In this document: positions 42,037 through 53,739 of the stretch, one piece after another | Layout of the letters: the number at the start of each line of letters is the position of its first letter | Position numbering within the stretch: position 1 is the stretch's first letter | Source: Balanoglossus misakiensis | Lineage: Eukaryota > Animalia > Hemichordata | Assembly: GCA_040954595.2 (NCBI GenBank) | Contig: CM082593.2 | Location: 1,831,730 to 1,895,729, forward strand | Direction: 5' to 3' | DNA length: 64,000 nt | Translations under genes and position numbers: made by a program | The notes under the pieces: model-generated | What the model saw: only the letters and a program-made list of their open reading frames with translations | Told to the model about the DNA's origin: nothing | Databases searched by the model: none

Positions 42037-44155
42037 TTAATCCAGTACAATATGGGAATCAATTTGACCATCTCTCTTCTTCTTTGCTTCATCCATTTTT
42101 GACTTGGCTAATCTTAAATCTGATATTGCTAGAGGTCTTAATATTTCCAGTCCATCTTCAACACTGAGGATAAAGAACAAAAAAATACACATATTTAAAA
42201 AAACAATCAAAACAAGAAACAGTATGGGAAGGGTAGTTCAAATGGCACTTTTACCCGAAGAAGAAAGTATCCTGTCAAGTAAGGGCAAAGTATGTGGTCA
42301 TTTTGTCAGCTCTTGCTTTGACCATTCCAGTGAATTCCTTGAGTCCCCCCCCCCACCATCTTACCTCTCTTCTCCTTGTTCTTTCAACTGTCTCTGTTCC
42401 TTCATGTAATCTTTGACTCTGAACACCGATGCATTGCGGCAGAGTTCGCGAAGATCACTCCCAGAGTATCCGCTTGTTTCCTCGGCAACCTCAGAGAGAT
42501 CAACATCATCGGACATCTACAAATATAACAATAAAGTCATCCGACAAAATTCACCACAGAAAATCTTTACTGATAATCTGTCTTTTCAGACAGAATGCTC
42601 TTCAGGAGACACAATTTTCAATGAAATACGGACTTACATATTCATCATCTAGTATCAGCTGCAAGATCATCTCTCTTTGGGCTTTTTCCTGTAAAAAATC
42701 ACAATAATAATAATGGTATTAAACATCTTTCATGATCTTCACCAGCAGTCACATATCAGTACAGTGCCATATATACTTGGCCATGAAACAGTCTTCTACC
42801 CTTACCATAGTACAATTTTTTCAAACTGGAACTATCTCCCAATGGCGCTAAAAGATCTACCACTTACCGGCATTCCTATATGAAACATAGTAGGCATTCT
42901 TCTCAATATTGCAGTGTCCACATCTTGTGGTCTGTTTGTAGCACCCATCACTATAACCTGGGTAAGATACACACGTTTGATTAAATGCAACTGATCAGCA
43001 AGTTACTCTCCTTCGAGATTTTCAACTATACTGTATCAAAAATGCTAAATCTTCATGAAATTTTAGACACGAAATTAGTTAACCTTTGTACCTGACATGA
43101 GTTGTCTGTTATGAGACCATCCCATAAACTCATAAACTGTGCTTTCATCATAGCTGTGGCTTCGTGGTCGTATGATGCTCTCGATCGCAGGAATGAGTCA
43201 ACTTCATCGATGAAAATTATAGTTGGCTGGATCTTGATTGCCTGTCACCAGAACACCAAAAAGCATAAGGATCATTTGTCTTGTGTTTACAGTTTAGTTT
43301 TACCCAAATTTGACCAGCTAACTAATCATCCCCACTCATCCAATTAATTAAAACACACACTACCAGTCACTTACAAGTGAGAATACTGCTGCAGCTAGTT
43401 TTTGTGACTCTCCATACCACTTGTCCGTCAGAGTTGATGCTTGGAGATTAATAAAGCGAAAGCCAGCTTCTTTTGCCATTGCCTTGGCTATCATGGTCTT
43501 CCCGCATCCTGGTGGTCCATGAAGAAGTATTCCTACAACGGATTAAGAAAATGGTTTCCTATGGTATATATGTTATGTCTGAATATCTGCCTATACTTCT
43601 CAATATACTAAGAGAATTGAAGTCAGATAACAGTGGTTATGAAATCAGACAATAAGTGTGGCCAATCATAGAGGTCACTTACCCTTGGGAGGTTGAAGTA
43701 AACTGGACCCCCTAAACAGATGTCTTTTCTTCATAGGCAGAATAACTGTCTCTTGTATTTCTTCAATGACATCTTCTAATCCACCTATGTCTCGCCATGA
43801 TACTGAGATACCTAGGGGGTCTATCAGTAATGCTGCTATTGACATCTCGTATTCTGTGAGTTTGACTCCCTTGATACCAATTTTGTTCATCAATCTCTCA
43901 GCCTGAAATGGAAAAAAGATAGTACCCTGGTAAACGTCTGTGTGTTCCAGTGTTACTCATTGCTGTAGTATGATGCAAAGTCATCTTCCTACTTGCCTGT
44001 TTCTGGGCTTGTGCTTTTTGTTTCTTGGTGGGGTCCATCTGATCCACTACCCACTTGATGCCATAGTAACTGCAGACTCCAAAAAGTGCCAATCGTATCA
44101 TGATCCCCAACAGTTCCTGTCTGGATAGGGTCATACTTGTCCCTGAACTCTGCAT
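42037..44155 (-). CDS. ATAD1: ATAD1/Msp1 mitochondrial outer membrane/peroxisomal AAA+ dislocase, 8 coding exons, ~368 aa
   Basis: Exons 43997-44155, 43683-43902, 43375-43532, 43092-43241, 42868-42957, 42638-42688, 42365-42516, 42037-42163 (1107 nt). N-terminal TM helix then DPTKKQK, YEMSIAA, Walker A GPPGCGKT, pore loop [18 protein letters not shown], Walker [44 protein letters not shown]. The start could instead be the second Met (MTLSRQ). Confidence 0.96.
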
Positions 44156-44416
44156 AGTTGTTGGTGTGTTCACAGAATTTATTACAAAGATTCTGTGGAA
44201 AACAATGGGTTATATGATAACATCTGATGTGTTGATGTGGTTCGGTAGCCCTACCACTACATTGACTGTTTGTATAGGGTATGGGCATCTACTCATCAGC
44301 TGTGGAAACGTACTACGAGGAATTGCCGAAGTCACTGAGGATTCAGCTCAGGGAGGAAATCAACTCTACCAACACTGGAGAAATCCCGGGGAGAAATATG
44401 ATTACCAAATCCATAC

Positions 44417-45010
44417 CTTCCGTTCCAAAATGGAATGATTATTAATCAGACAGAACCGTTCTCCTGATATAGTGATGACCTCATCATGACCTGTTCGCCA
44501 TCAGTATCCTCAGAGGTCATAGGTTAAGTTTTTTTCGAAAGAGGCCACATTAGCAATATGGCGTTTAAATTTCTCAATAAATATAGTAATTTTGGCAATG
44601 GTTTCAATTGATTCTATTTTTGGAATAATTAGATCTTATTACAGACTATCTGAAAGCTCGATGGCTTTCTGAAAATCTACCACAAATAAAGTAATGTTCA
44701 TTTCAATCTGTTAACTATATTTTATGAGTAAGTTAGGTAGTACGGTCTTCTCACTGACATGTGGCATGCGCAATAACTCCCTTTTCGCCAACTTTGTGGT
44801 TCCTGGTTCTGAGGACATTTACACGCACAAGAATGGAATCGGTAGCCCCTAGCGTTTTGTATCCGTATATTTACGGTTACTTGGTGGAGCAGAAACTCGC
44901 AAAGGCTGCGAAATGGTTTAAAAGTGAAACAGGCACGGTAAGTGTTCGTATCGCATTGAGTAAGTTGCGCACGTGTTGTGAAACAACATGGCGTACTGGG
45001 ACCCACGTGG
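44417..45010. promoter_or_regulatory. Putative bidirectional promoter region of ATAD1/NOLC1
   Basis: Divergent genes. ATAD1 5'UTR exon donor (GAAG|GTATGG, minus) at 44416. TCT/TOP-like CTCCCTTTTC at 44777-44786, NRF1-like GGCATGCGCA at ~44763, E-boxes CACGTG at 44970 and 45004, YY1-like AACATGGCG at 44985. Confidence 0.6.
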
Positions 45011-48000
45011 TTCCTCGCCGGTCAGCTGTAGAAGTTCAGCATGGTTTGATCATTGATATTTAAACTGAAAAGCAGCTGGAAAGCAAAAGATGCTCCAAAC
45101 AGTTTCTCTATGAAACTATGACAAACATAGTATAGAGTCATTCGATGTACACCGGTTTGATCGCAGCTAGCGCGCGATCGCTTGCAATGGGTAAATAGTA
45201 GCTGCAGTAAATTTAAAGGTCTGCGTGGTAGTGTTAGGGCAGTCTGCTGTTACTGGCTTGGTTGAAAGCGCAGCCAGTAACAACTTATAGCCCTGCTATG
45301 CAGAGATAGAGTAGAAGTACCCCTTGATCTTTCTGATGATAGCGAATCTGACAAAAATCTTTGGTGTGTTGCTTGTACACAGCATATGCCAGATCCAACC
45401 CATCCCAGTATTATGGAGTTCTATGATGTCTGGAAGAAATCGCCCATCAACACAAAGAAAAGAAAATTCATTGAACAATCAAAAGAGCCAGCAACCAAGA
45501 AGAAGAAGACGACGAAACGTAAAAAGAAAGCCCCTCCAGCAAAATCTGAGAGTTCTGATAGTGAGGAGGAAGCTGAAACTGCACCAGTTAGAAAACCACC
45601 AACCAAGAAGACTAAAAAGGAAAGCTCGTCCTCTTCAAGTTCTGACTCGTCCAGTTCATCAGAAGATGAAGACAAGACACCTGTTAAACCTGCCAAAAAA
45701 GCAGTTGCAAAGGCAACCAAGAAGGAGTCCTCATCATCATCAAGCTCAGATGATTCGAGTTCAGAAGATGAAAAGGAAAAGCAGACCACGCAAACTACCC
45801 CCGTAGCAAAATTATTTTCAACCAAGACAACTAAAACAGAATCAAGCTCGTCCTCAAGCTCAGAGGATTCTTCTTCAGATGAGGAAAAAGACAAGCAACC
45901 TCCAAAGGTTGCTAAGCAACAAGCTCCTGCTAAGAAATCTGAGTCATCTTCATCTTCATCTTCAAGTTCATCAGATGAAGATGAAACCCCTGCAGTTCAA
46001 AAGAAAGAAAAGAAGACACCTGCAAAAGCAACAAAAAAGACAAAAACTACAAAGAAAAAGACAACAGGATCTGCCAAGAAAGCGACACCAGTACCGAAGA
46101 AAAAGGAATCAAGCTCCTCAAGTTCAGAGAGTGATAGTGAAGATGACAAACCAGCACCGAAGTCAAAGCCTCCACCCAAAAAATCAACGAAAACGCCACC
46201 TCCAAAACAGACAAAAGCAGCTTCAGATACAAGTTCAAGTTCCGATAGCAGTTCAGACAGTGATGATGAGAAACCAGCTGGAAAGGCACAACCATCACCA
46301 AAAGTGTCAGGACAGAAGACACCTCAAAAGGCAAAAGCAGACTCAAGTTCGAGTTCAAGTTCAGATAGTAGTTCCGACAGTGATGATGAGAAACCAGCAC
46401 AAAAAGATTCAGGACCTAAAGCTGTTCCAAATTCAAAGAAAGCAGAATCAAGCTCAGATTCAGACTCGGATAGTGACGACGAAAAACCAGCGCAGAAAGT
46501 CCAGCCACCTTCAAAAGTTTCAGGACAGAAGACAACGCCCAAAAAGGCAAAAGCAGACTCCAGTTCAAGTTCAGATTCAGACAGCAGTTCAGAGAGCGAG
46601 GATGAGAAACAGACACAGAAAACACAGCCACCAGCAAAAGATTCAGCAACGCAACAAACTCCTTCAAAAACATCCAAAGATGAATCAGATTCCAGTGACA
46701 GTGACAGTTCATCAGAAGATGAAGAGAAAGCAAAGACACCTGCAGTGACAAAATCTACAACCAAAACACAGAAAGCAGCAACAAAGGATTCCAGTTCCTC
46801 AGATAGCAGTTCAGATTCAGACAGTAGTTCCGATTCGGACACTTCAGATGAAGACACAAAACCAACAAAGACAACAACACCGACCACCACTCCGAAACAA
46901 ATCCAAAAGAAAAAGGATACAAGTTCTGATTCCTCAAGCGATGAGAGCGACTCAGATGATCCCAAGAAATCCAAAGTGACACCGAATAAACAAACACCTA
47001 CAAAAAGGAAAAGAAAAGAAAGTTCATCTTCAAGTTCAGACAGTAGCAGCTCTGATTCAGAAAATGAAGACAGCAAAGCAACCAATAATGCAAAGGAAAA
47101 AGTGCCACAGGTTAAAAAGGCAACAAAGGAGAGTTCTTCTGATTCTTCAAGTTCTTCTGATTCTTCAAGTTCTGAGGAGGAAGAAGAAAAGAAGTCCCAG
47201 ACAGCTGCCAAGACGACGAGTGCAGTGAATGGATCAAAGAGTAGCTCAGATAGTTCCAGTGAATCAGAAACAGACAAAAAGACTCCAAAATCAAAGGTAA
47301 GTGCAAGCAGCAGTCTCTGATTTCAAAGGATGTTTTGATCAGTGGTCCTGATTTGACAACAGAAAATTCCATGTCTATCCAACAGTTTTTTTACATCATT
47401 GTCATACAGTTTCAGATCAAAAAGTTATCACTTTGTCATTAAATTTGTTTCCTTTGTTTCCAGGGAAAGAACTCCAAGGACGAAGACAGTGATGATGAAA
47501 TGGAAATCTCAACTCCCCAAACTCAAAATTATGTGAAGAAGACTCCAGCCACTGTTCCACAAATGACGCAAAAGGTATTTGCCTTTCAAAGGAATCAGAC
47601 TTGCCTTCCCTGCAGAAATATCAGAATGCAAAATACCTGTCAGATCTCTTCCTTTTCTAGTTCAGATCCTTGACAAAACAATTCTTGTCTTTTGCAGAAA
47701 AATAACATGAACACACCATATCGTCGAGTACGCGAAGAACAAATTGCTGTGGATCCAAGGCTTCAAGATAATTCATTTGAAGCAAAGGTAAAAGAGACAA
47801 TCCATGAAAAGTTCCTGTTACAGTGTTAGTCAATAATATATTTGTTATGTGTATCAATGCAATCAGGAAATCTATGGTACAATAATCACTGAAACTTAAT
47901 GTTTTCACAGCTCTTTTAACATTTTATCATTTTTTGTGAATTTCAGAGAGGTGCTCATGGTTCCTGGGGAGACAAGGCCAACAAGGACTTAAAGTTCACT

Positions 48001-48105
48001 CGCGGAAAATCTTTCCGTCACGAAAAGACGAAGAAGAAACGTGGAAGTTATCGTGGTGGTGCTATCAGTCAACAAGTCAATTCTATTAAATTTGACAGTG
48101 ATTAA
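44833..48105 (+). CDS. NOLC1: Nucleolar and coiled-body phosphoprotein 1 (Nopp140/SRP40 family), 5 exons, ~792 aa
   Basis: Exons 44833-44937, 45383-47296, 47464-47574, 47698-47787, 47947-48105 (2379 nt). LisH-like N-terminus ([23 protein letters not shown]), alternating Ser/Asp/Glu-rich and Lys/Pro/Thr-rich blocks, SRP40_C tail ([65 protein letters not shown]). Confidence 0.96.
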
Positions 48106-48714
48106 ATTATTTCATGGTGATTATTCAGTTAGCGTTTATCTCTGATTTTATTAACTGTTAAAATATTGTTATTTCAAAATATTTCTGTAGAGATTCTTTA
48201 AAATGTACCTTTAAAATGCATAATGATTGTCAGATTGTTCTTAGAAAAAGATGATGTACTGTTGTAATAGTATTGAGAAAGCTGATTATGCAATATTGTT
48301 TCTCGTCCTGAAAATTTGGAAGTAGTTGTGTAGGCATGAAAAAATACACTGCCACTTTTCAATTCATTTGACTTTGAGACACTGATGTATGGTGGCCCAA
48401 TGCACAGCCCACTCAGTCGGTTATGTGTTGTTGCTTTGCTGAAGGGATTGGTACGACTGGCTTTGGGACCCACAGCAGCGGTGCACTTTGATTCTCGGCT
48501 TAGTCGAGTCGTATTCACCAGTCTAAAGTAGTGCTAGGATTAATGTTTTCTTGACGAACGCTGTGGATGTGATCAAAACTGTGGAGATAATACAGCGAAC
48601 TGTACTTTGGTTTTATCAGCAAGGTTTATGTTAATCATGAAACTGGAAGCACCGGGCTCTCTTTCTGGTGAGTAGCAAGCGAGCGAGTGTGTGTTTGTTG
48701 TTAATGATTTATAT

Positions 48715-48720
48715 AATAAA
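48715..48720 (+). terminator. Candidate NOLC1 polyadenylation signal AATAAA
   Basis: AATAAA ~610 bp after the stop, followed by a GT/T-rich tract (TGTATTTGTTTGTTTG). Confidence 0.55.
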
Positions 48721-49624
48721 CATAGAAAAATGTATTTGTTTGTTTGTTTGTTTACAAAAATTGTCACCCTTGTTAACAGGTTATGAACAAAATATTGCAT
48801 TGAGAGGTCTCACAGTGGTCAATTTTTCTTAGATTTATTTCGTGAATTATTGGGAAAATATCACAAATGAAATGTATAAATCAATCACACTACTACGTAT
48901 AGCCGGATGTACATTGCAGTAGGACGCCGACACGCGCGCACACGCGACCAAGAAATCGACAACTTTCCAAGTAACTCGCGAAACTGACCAAAGATATGAA
49001 ACGGACAACAGCCCATGAACCTGGTTATCAGTGATTAGCCCTGCGAACAGGTATGTGTGTTCCCCGGTGTGTTCTCGTCGTTCACAGACTAGACACGTAA
49101 TGCATGGTGGTGAAACCTTGCATAATACTTTGTACATGTGTATTGCTATTTCGATTGAATCATGGCGCGAAAATAGCACGTTTTATAGCGGCCCCTTTGT
49201 GGTGCCGAGATATACTGGCATGTATATGAACACTGCTCTTGAATTTTCGCGCCAAGGAATCACATAATAATATTTTAACGTGGTTCAATTTGTTCGTATG
49301 GCCTTTTTGTTGAAACATGACCCCGATGACATCCATTAACGCATGGGTTTTGACGTTTCTATTGTCTCGGCTCATTATGACTTAGAGACAGCGCGTATCT
49401 GTCTTTGTAATATGGTTAATTGGGAGTCGTATTGATTATTTTGCCTGCGCCGTGTGCAAATCGCTTTTGTTTACCCATCATTGTGTCCGACTGAGAAAGT
49501 GGAGCGTACTATTATGTTGAGGTAGATATATATATGCATACACGTCTTACGCGTGAGTTGATGCTCTTCCCTAAACATTGACCATTATTGCAAATTGGAG
49601 CGATATTTCGTCGAAGCCGTCAAG

Positions 49625-52089
49625 ATGTCAATGTGTCCGCGATGTCAAAAACCTGTCTATTTCGGTAAGTGTCACTTTCAGTTTTTTCTCACAGAAAGAA
49701 CGACGATCCATAAATCTACACATGCATTTGCATTTTAATGCGTATTTCAGAAGCAGTAGGCGCACGCACGTATTGCGTCGATCGGCGTCATCTACTCAGC
49801 GTCTGTTTCAGTGTTTTGTTATTTTGTAGCGATTTCGTTACAAATGGACTGTTTTAACGCCCTTGTTATCACATATCAACCGATTTAGTATTGCCATTAA
49901 TGCCAGCAGTTAACATGCGCACGTTGTATGGGTTACTGGAATCTTTACCGAGTGAATATTCAAAGTCAAAGGCGATCAATGCTAACTACAATATAAACAG
50001 GTCATCCGTTACCTGCATTTACAGAAGAGATATAGGAGAAACGATAAAAAAGCTATAACAACTGTTCACAAAGGAATTCTGTTCACTCAAGCAAAGCAAA
50101 ACAAAACAATAACTTAGGCATTCCAGGGCTCTGCTTAATACAATGACAAATCCATCAGAAATAATAATGAATAATTCACTCTTTTATTTATCATCCTCAT
50201 TTGCATTAAACTTTTCATTGTGCATTCACTGATCATGAATGTAATGTTAATATATTTATATGAAAATTTACATCAGCAGTAAAATAAATATTCTGGATAT
50301 TGTGACACAGATTGCAGACAAATTCGTGAAGTCATTTTAGGCCATGTCAGTATCTGTTTTACCAAAGGTCATATGATAATGCAACACTTTCCATGTTACA
50401 TTAGCTATAAAAAACCCAAACCAGACATGTATTCCAATAATCAATAACAAATATTCTCTTACAATAAACAAAATTAATAGGTTAGTGTCTGTGAGCCCTA
50501 AACGGAAATTTGATATCATCAGTAAAAAAATAGTTTCAGATCTCTCTCTATAAATAAATGAAAAGGAAATAAATGTAATGGTTAGGACTTTCTAAGGAAA
50601 GCAGAAATCATTTTTACTCAAGCACATGACAGTATGTTAATCATATCATCTAATTTGCATGAACTGATTTGATGGGGGCAAAAGTGCACTTGATGAATTA
50701 ATGCTGTTAATTGATGAGTTGAAATCTAAGTGAAAACCTTTTGATGTTCACTAACAAATGCAAATGAAGGTTTCAACTTCAATGATTCATATTTGTTGAT
50801 GAGTACAATAGATAATGTGGTAATTGAGTTCATGCAAACTATTGAAGCTATAGTTTTTGATGGTTTGTTTACCCCTAGATCTGAATCTACTTCAGCTGTG
50901 ACATATTACGGTAACACAAATTATGGTTTCTCGCTCAAAAATAGCCGAGGAAGGTCAAATGATGCATAATTTCTTTCTTTCTTTTATTACAGCTGAGAGA
51001 AGGACATCCCTTGGCAAAGACTGGCATCAATTTTGTTTGAAATGCTGCAAGTGTCAGAAGGTATTGACTCCTGGCAGTCATGCTGAGGTGAGCAATTGTG
51101 CATGTTAATTGTCTTACCTGTTATAGTCAATAGTCAATTCAACTATCAGTTTGTTAGAGTAAACTGCATATCTCTGTGGTTGGTGTGTTTTATCTGTGGG
51201 GTGCTGGGTGCCTGATAGCCAGACAGAGGAATGAATGGGCCATCCCTGGAGATGTGGAATTGCATGCACTCAGATAAACTAATACTAGCTGCTACCCTGC
51301 TGTGAACTAATTAAGGCATGTTGACTACTGCATGTACAAATTGGAAATTAACATTCAGAGTTGAAATTCATTTGCATCAAGGAATTCCCAGAGTGAGGGG
51401 GAGACCTTCCTGGATTAAAGGGGATTTGGAGTTACATAAGGGGATTTGAAATGACTCTACATAAAATACTGTTGTCCCATTACAGGGCAAGTTTCCCCTC
51501 ATATGCAAATCTTTAATGGGTGGAATTCCATTACCAAATAGTGCAATTAAATGTCTGCACACTCACAACTTAGATTAAAAGACTGATAACCAAAATGTTG
51601 ACAAGACGTCCTGTCAGAACAAAGCAGTCAGTCCAGCCCTAACCAAAATATTTTACAACAATTTGATTGTTGTTGTTTGCAATCTAAACAGCTTAAAACC
51701 ATTGCAACTTTGAACATAAAACAATGAAGCCATTGGAAAATAATCTGTCTACAGAGTGAATGCAGTCTCAAAGTATATAATTATGTAGTTGCTTTAGTAT
51801 ACCTTTAATATATGGACAATATTTATTTTCTCTGTTGTCTTATTGTTATTTAGCATGATGGAATGCCATACTGCACTCGGCCATGTTACAGTGCCCTGTA
51901 TGGACCTAAAGGTAAGTTATATACACCAAGTTACATTTCCATGGATAAAATAATTATTTATACTAAATGTACTGAATACCTGTTTGTTGTTAATGTGCGA
52001 TCATTCACTGAGAATTCTCTCTGATTCCTTTGTTTACAGGTGTTCGTGGATTTGTGTCAAATAGCTATGTAAGCCATGGACAGGAGTAG
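49625..52089 (+). CDS. CRIP1: Cysteine-rich (intestinal) protein, single LIM domain, CRIP1-like paralog A, 80 aa
   Basis: Exons 49625-49664, 50993-51087, 51854-51911, 52040-52089 with GT-AG boundaries give [86 protein letters not shown] at 52681. Confidence 0.92.
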
Positions 52090-52906
52090 AGCAGCCTGCT
52101 CACATTGCAAATTGTTTTCAAGAGAAATTCTGAACAAGGATGAGGAAGAAACTGAACTGTACAGATGTACTAATTTAACTGCTGTTTGCATACATTTTGT
52201 GCTTTACAAGGATAAGTGTAAGGAGAACTTATTTCAAAATGACAAGGTCAGTGTAACACCCCTATTTTGTAATGGTTTGACCAGTAATCCTCATGTCTTG
52301 ACGTTTTGCTTGTAAACTTCAAGAGATTAATCGATAGTTTTAGTTTAGTGTAAATCATTCCAGTTAAACAAAGGGTGGTTACTAAAGTACAATCTTTTGA
52401 TGGGGGCGCTGTTCATCAAAGCGATCTTCCGAATCTTTGAAAAAAATAGATGTATTTGCTTAATATAGTAAATGTTTACGTTTTGTGGCGTCGATCACTT
52501 TGTTTGTGTATAAATGTTCAACAGGAGGTCCTTTCAGCAGACAGCATTTTAAAATCATTTTCTTGACATATTTTATCTGGAACAAAGACGAAATATAGAG
52601 ACAGAATATTTCCGTATTTTATCAGACATTTCATATGTATATTTAGTCACCAAAAGATAATCTCTATGTAAGTTTAAGAAAATAAACTTTGGTTTTAAAT
52701 ACACTACATAAATTACTGTGGTCTTGGTATTTGGTTGTATGGCTTTATAGTACTAGGCAAAAATACAGAGACAAAAATTCCCAGAGCTGGTCGATGGCGG
52801 CGCACTGTACATTGGTACTTCGAGAGATTTATTAAATCACCCACGAGGTGGCGTATTTCAAGACGGTGGTCTCGTGTACTGCTGTCGTATGCACAATTTG
52901 ACAGGA

Positions 52907-52977
52907 AACACAAACAAACAAACAAACAAACATTCATACATACATACATACATACATACACATACATACATACATAT
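52907..52977. repeat. (CAAA)n/(CATA)n compound microsatellite
   Basis: Directly visible between the two CRIP genes. Confidence 0.9.
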
Positions 52978-53739
52978 AGTAACATACATGTATAATTGTA
53001 TATTTGGCCTCGGGCAACCTTTTTATCTTGGAAAAAGAAGAAGCGAGCGATTCTACTTTCTTTGCAATTATATTGAGTTATTTTACTTCCTTCTCACTCT
53101 TTAAAGTCTGAATAGCTATGCATTGACGGTGTTTGTTTGTGGGCCCACAAACAAGGCCCAGGCTTTGTGTGTTTATCGTATTGCAGTTAGGGTCATACAG
53201 ATCATGTCCTTGGAGGACGAAGCATGAAGGCTGAGTAATGATGAGGTGAGTACTGTGATGAGGGTCGTGCGCAAAATGTTTTATACCTGATATATGTGAT
53301 AGGAAAGTGCTCAGCTATGAATACAGTATATATATACATGTATCTAGACGTAGGCCTACCAATGTGTTCAAAATTATAAGCAATGAAGTGCGACGTATCG
53401 GTGGGAAATGTGCACCGAATTCGAAGGAAGTGAATGGAATGAGTGTGTGTGTTTTTGCACCTCGGTACAAGCCACTGTCCTTTGAATTCACTCGCATTAC
53501 CCAAACCTGTCGAGGGCGGTGACCGTATAAATGCGACTGAAAATAGACTGGCTGTTCTCTAATAAGTGTGCCGAGTGCAAAACTCCTAGTATCAATTGAC
53601 AAACCTGAGTATATATACGCCTGGCCCTGTTAATATACCAACCACACCCATTTACCTTCGCAGTCTGCGCATAGAAACGGACCTGATCCAAATCGTATCT
53701 GCTCCTGTTTGATCCGTCTGAAGCCGATTCAAAGTCAAC

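Noticed and set aside
44472-44520. Box C/D snoRNA starting at GTGATGA
   Set aside because: No suitably placed CTGA D box or terminal stem, and it lies in the promoter region.
45421-47372. Long antisense and alternative-frame ORFs (317, 289, 157 aa)
   Set aside because: Shadows of the low-complexity NOLC1 exon 2.
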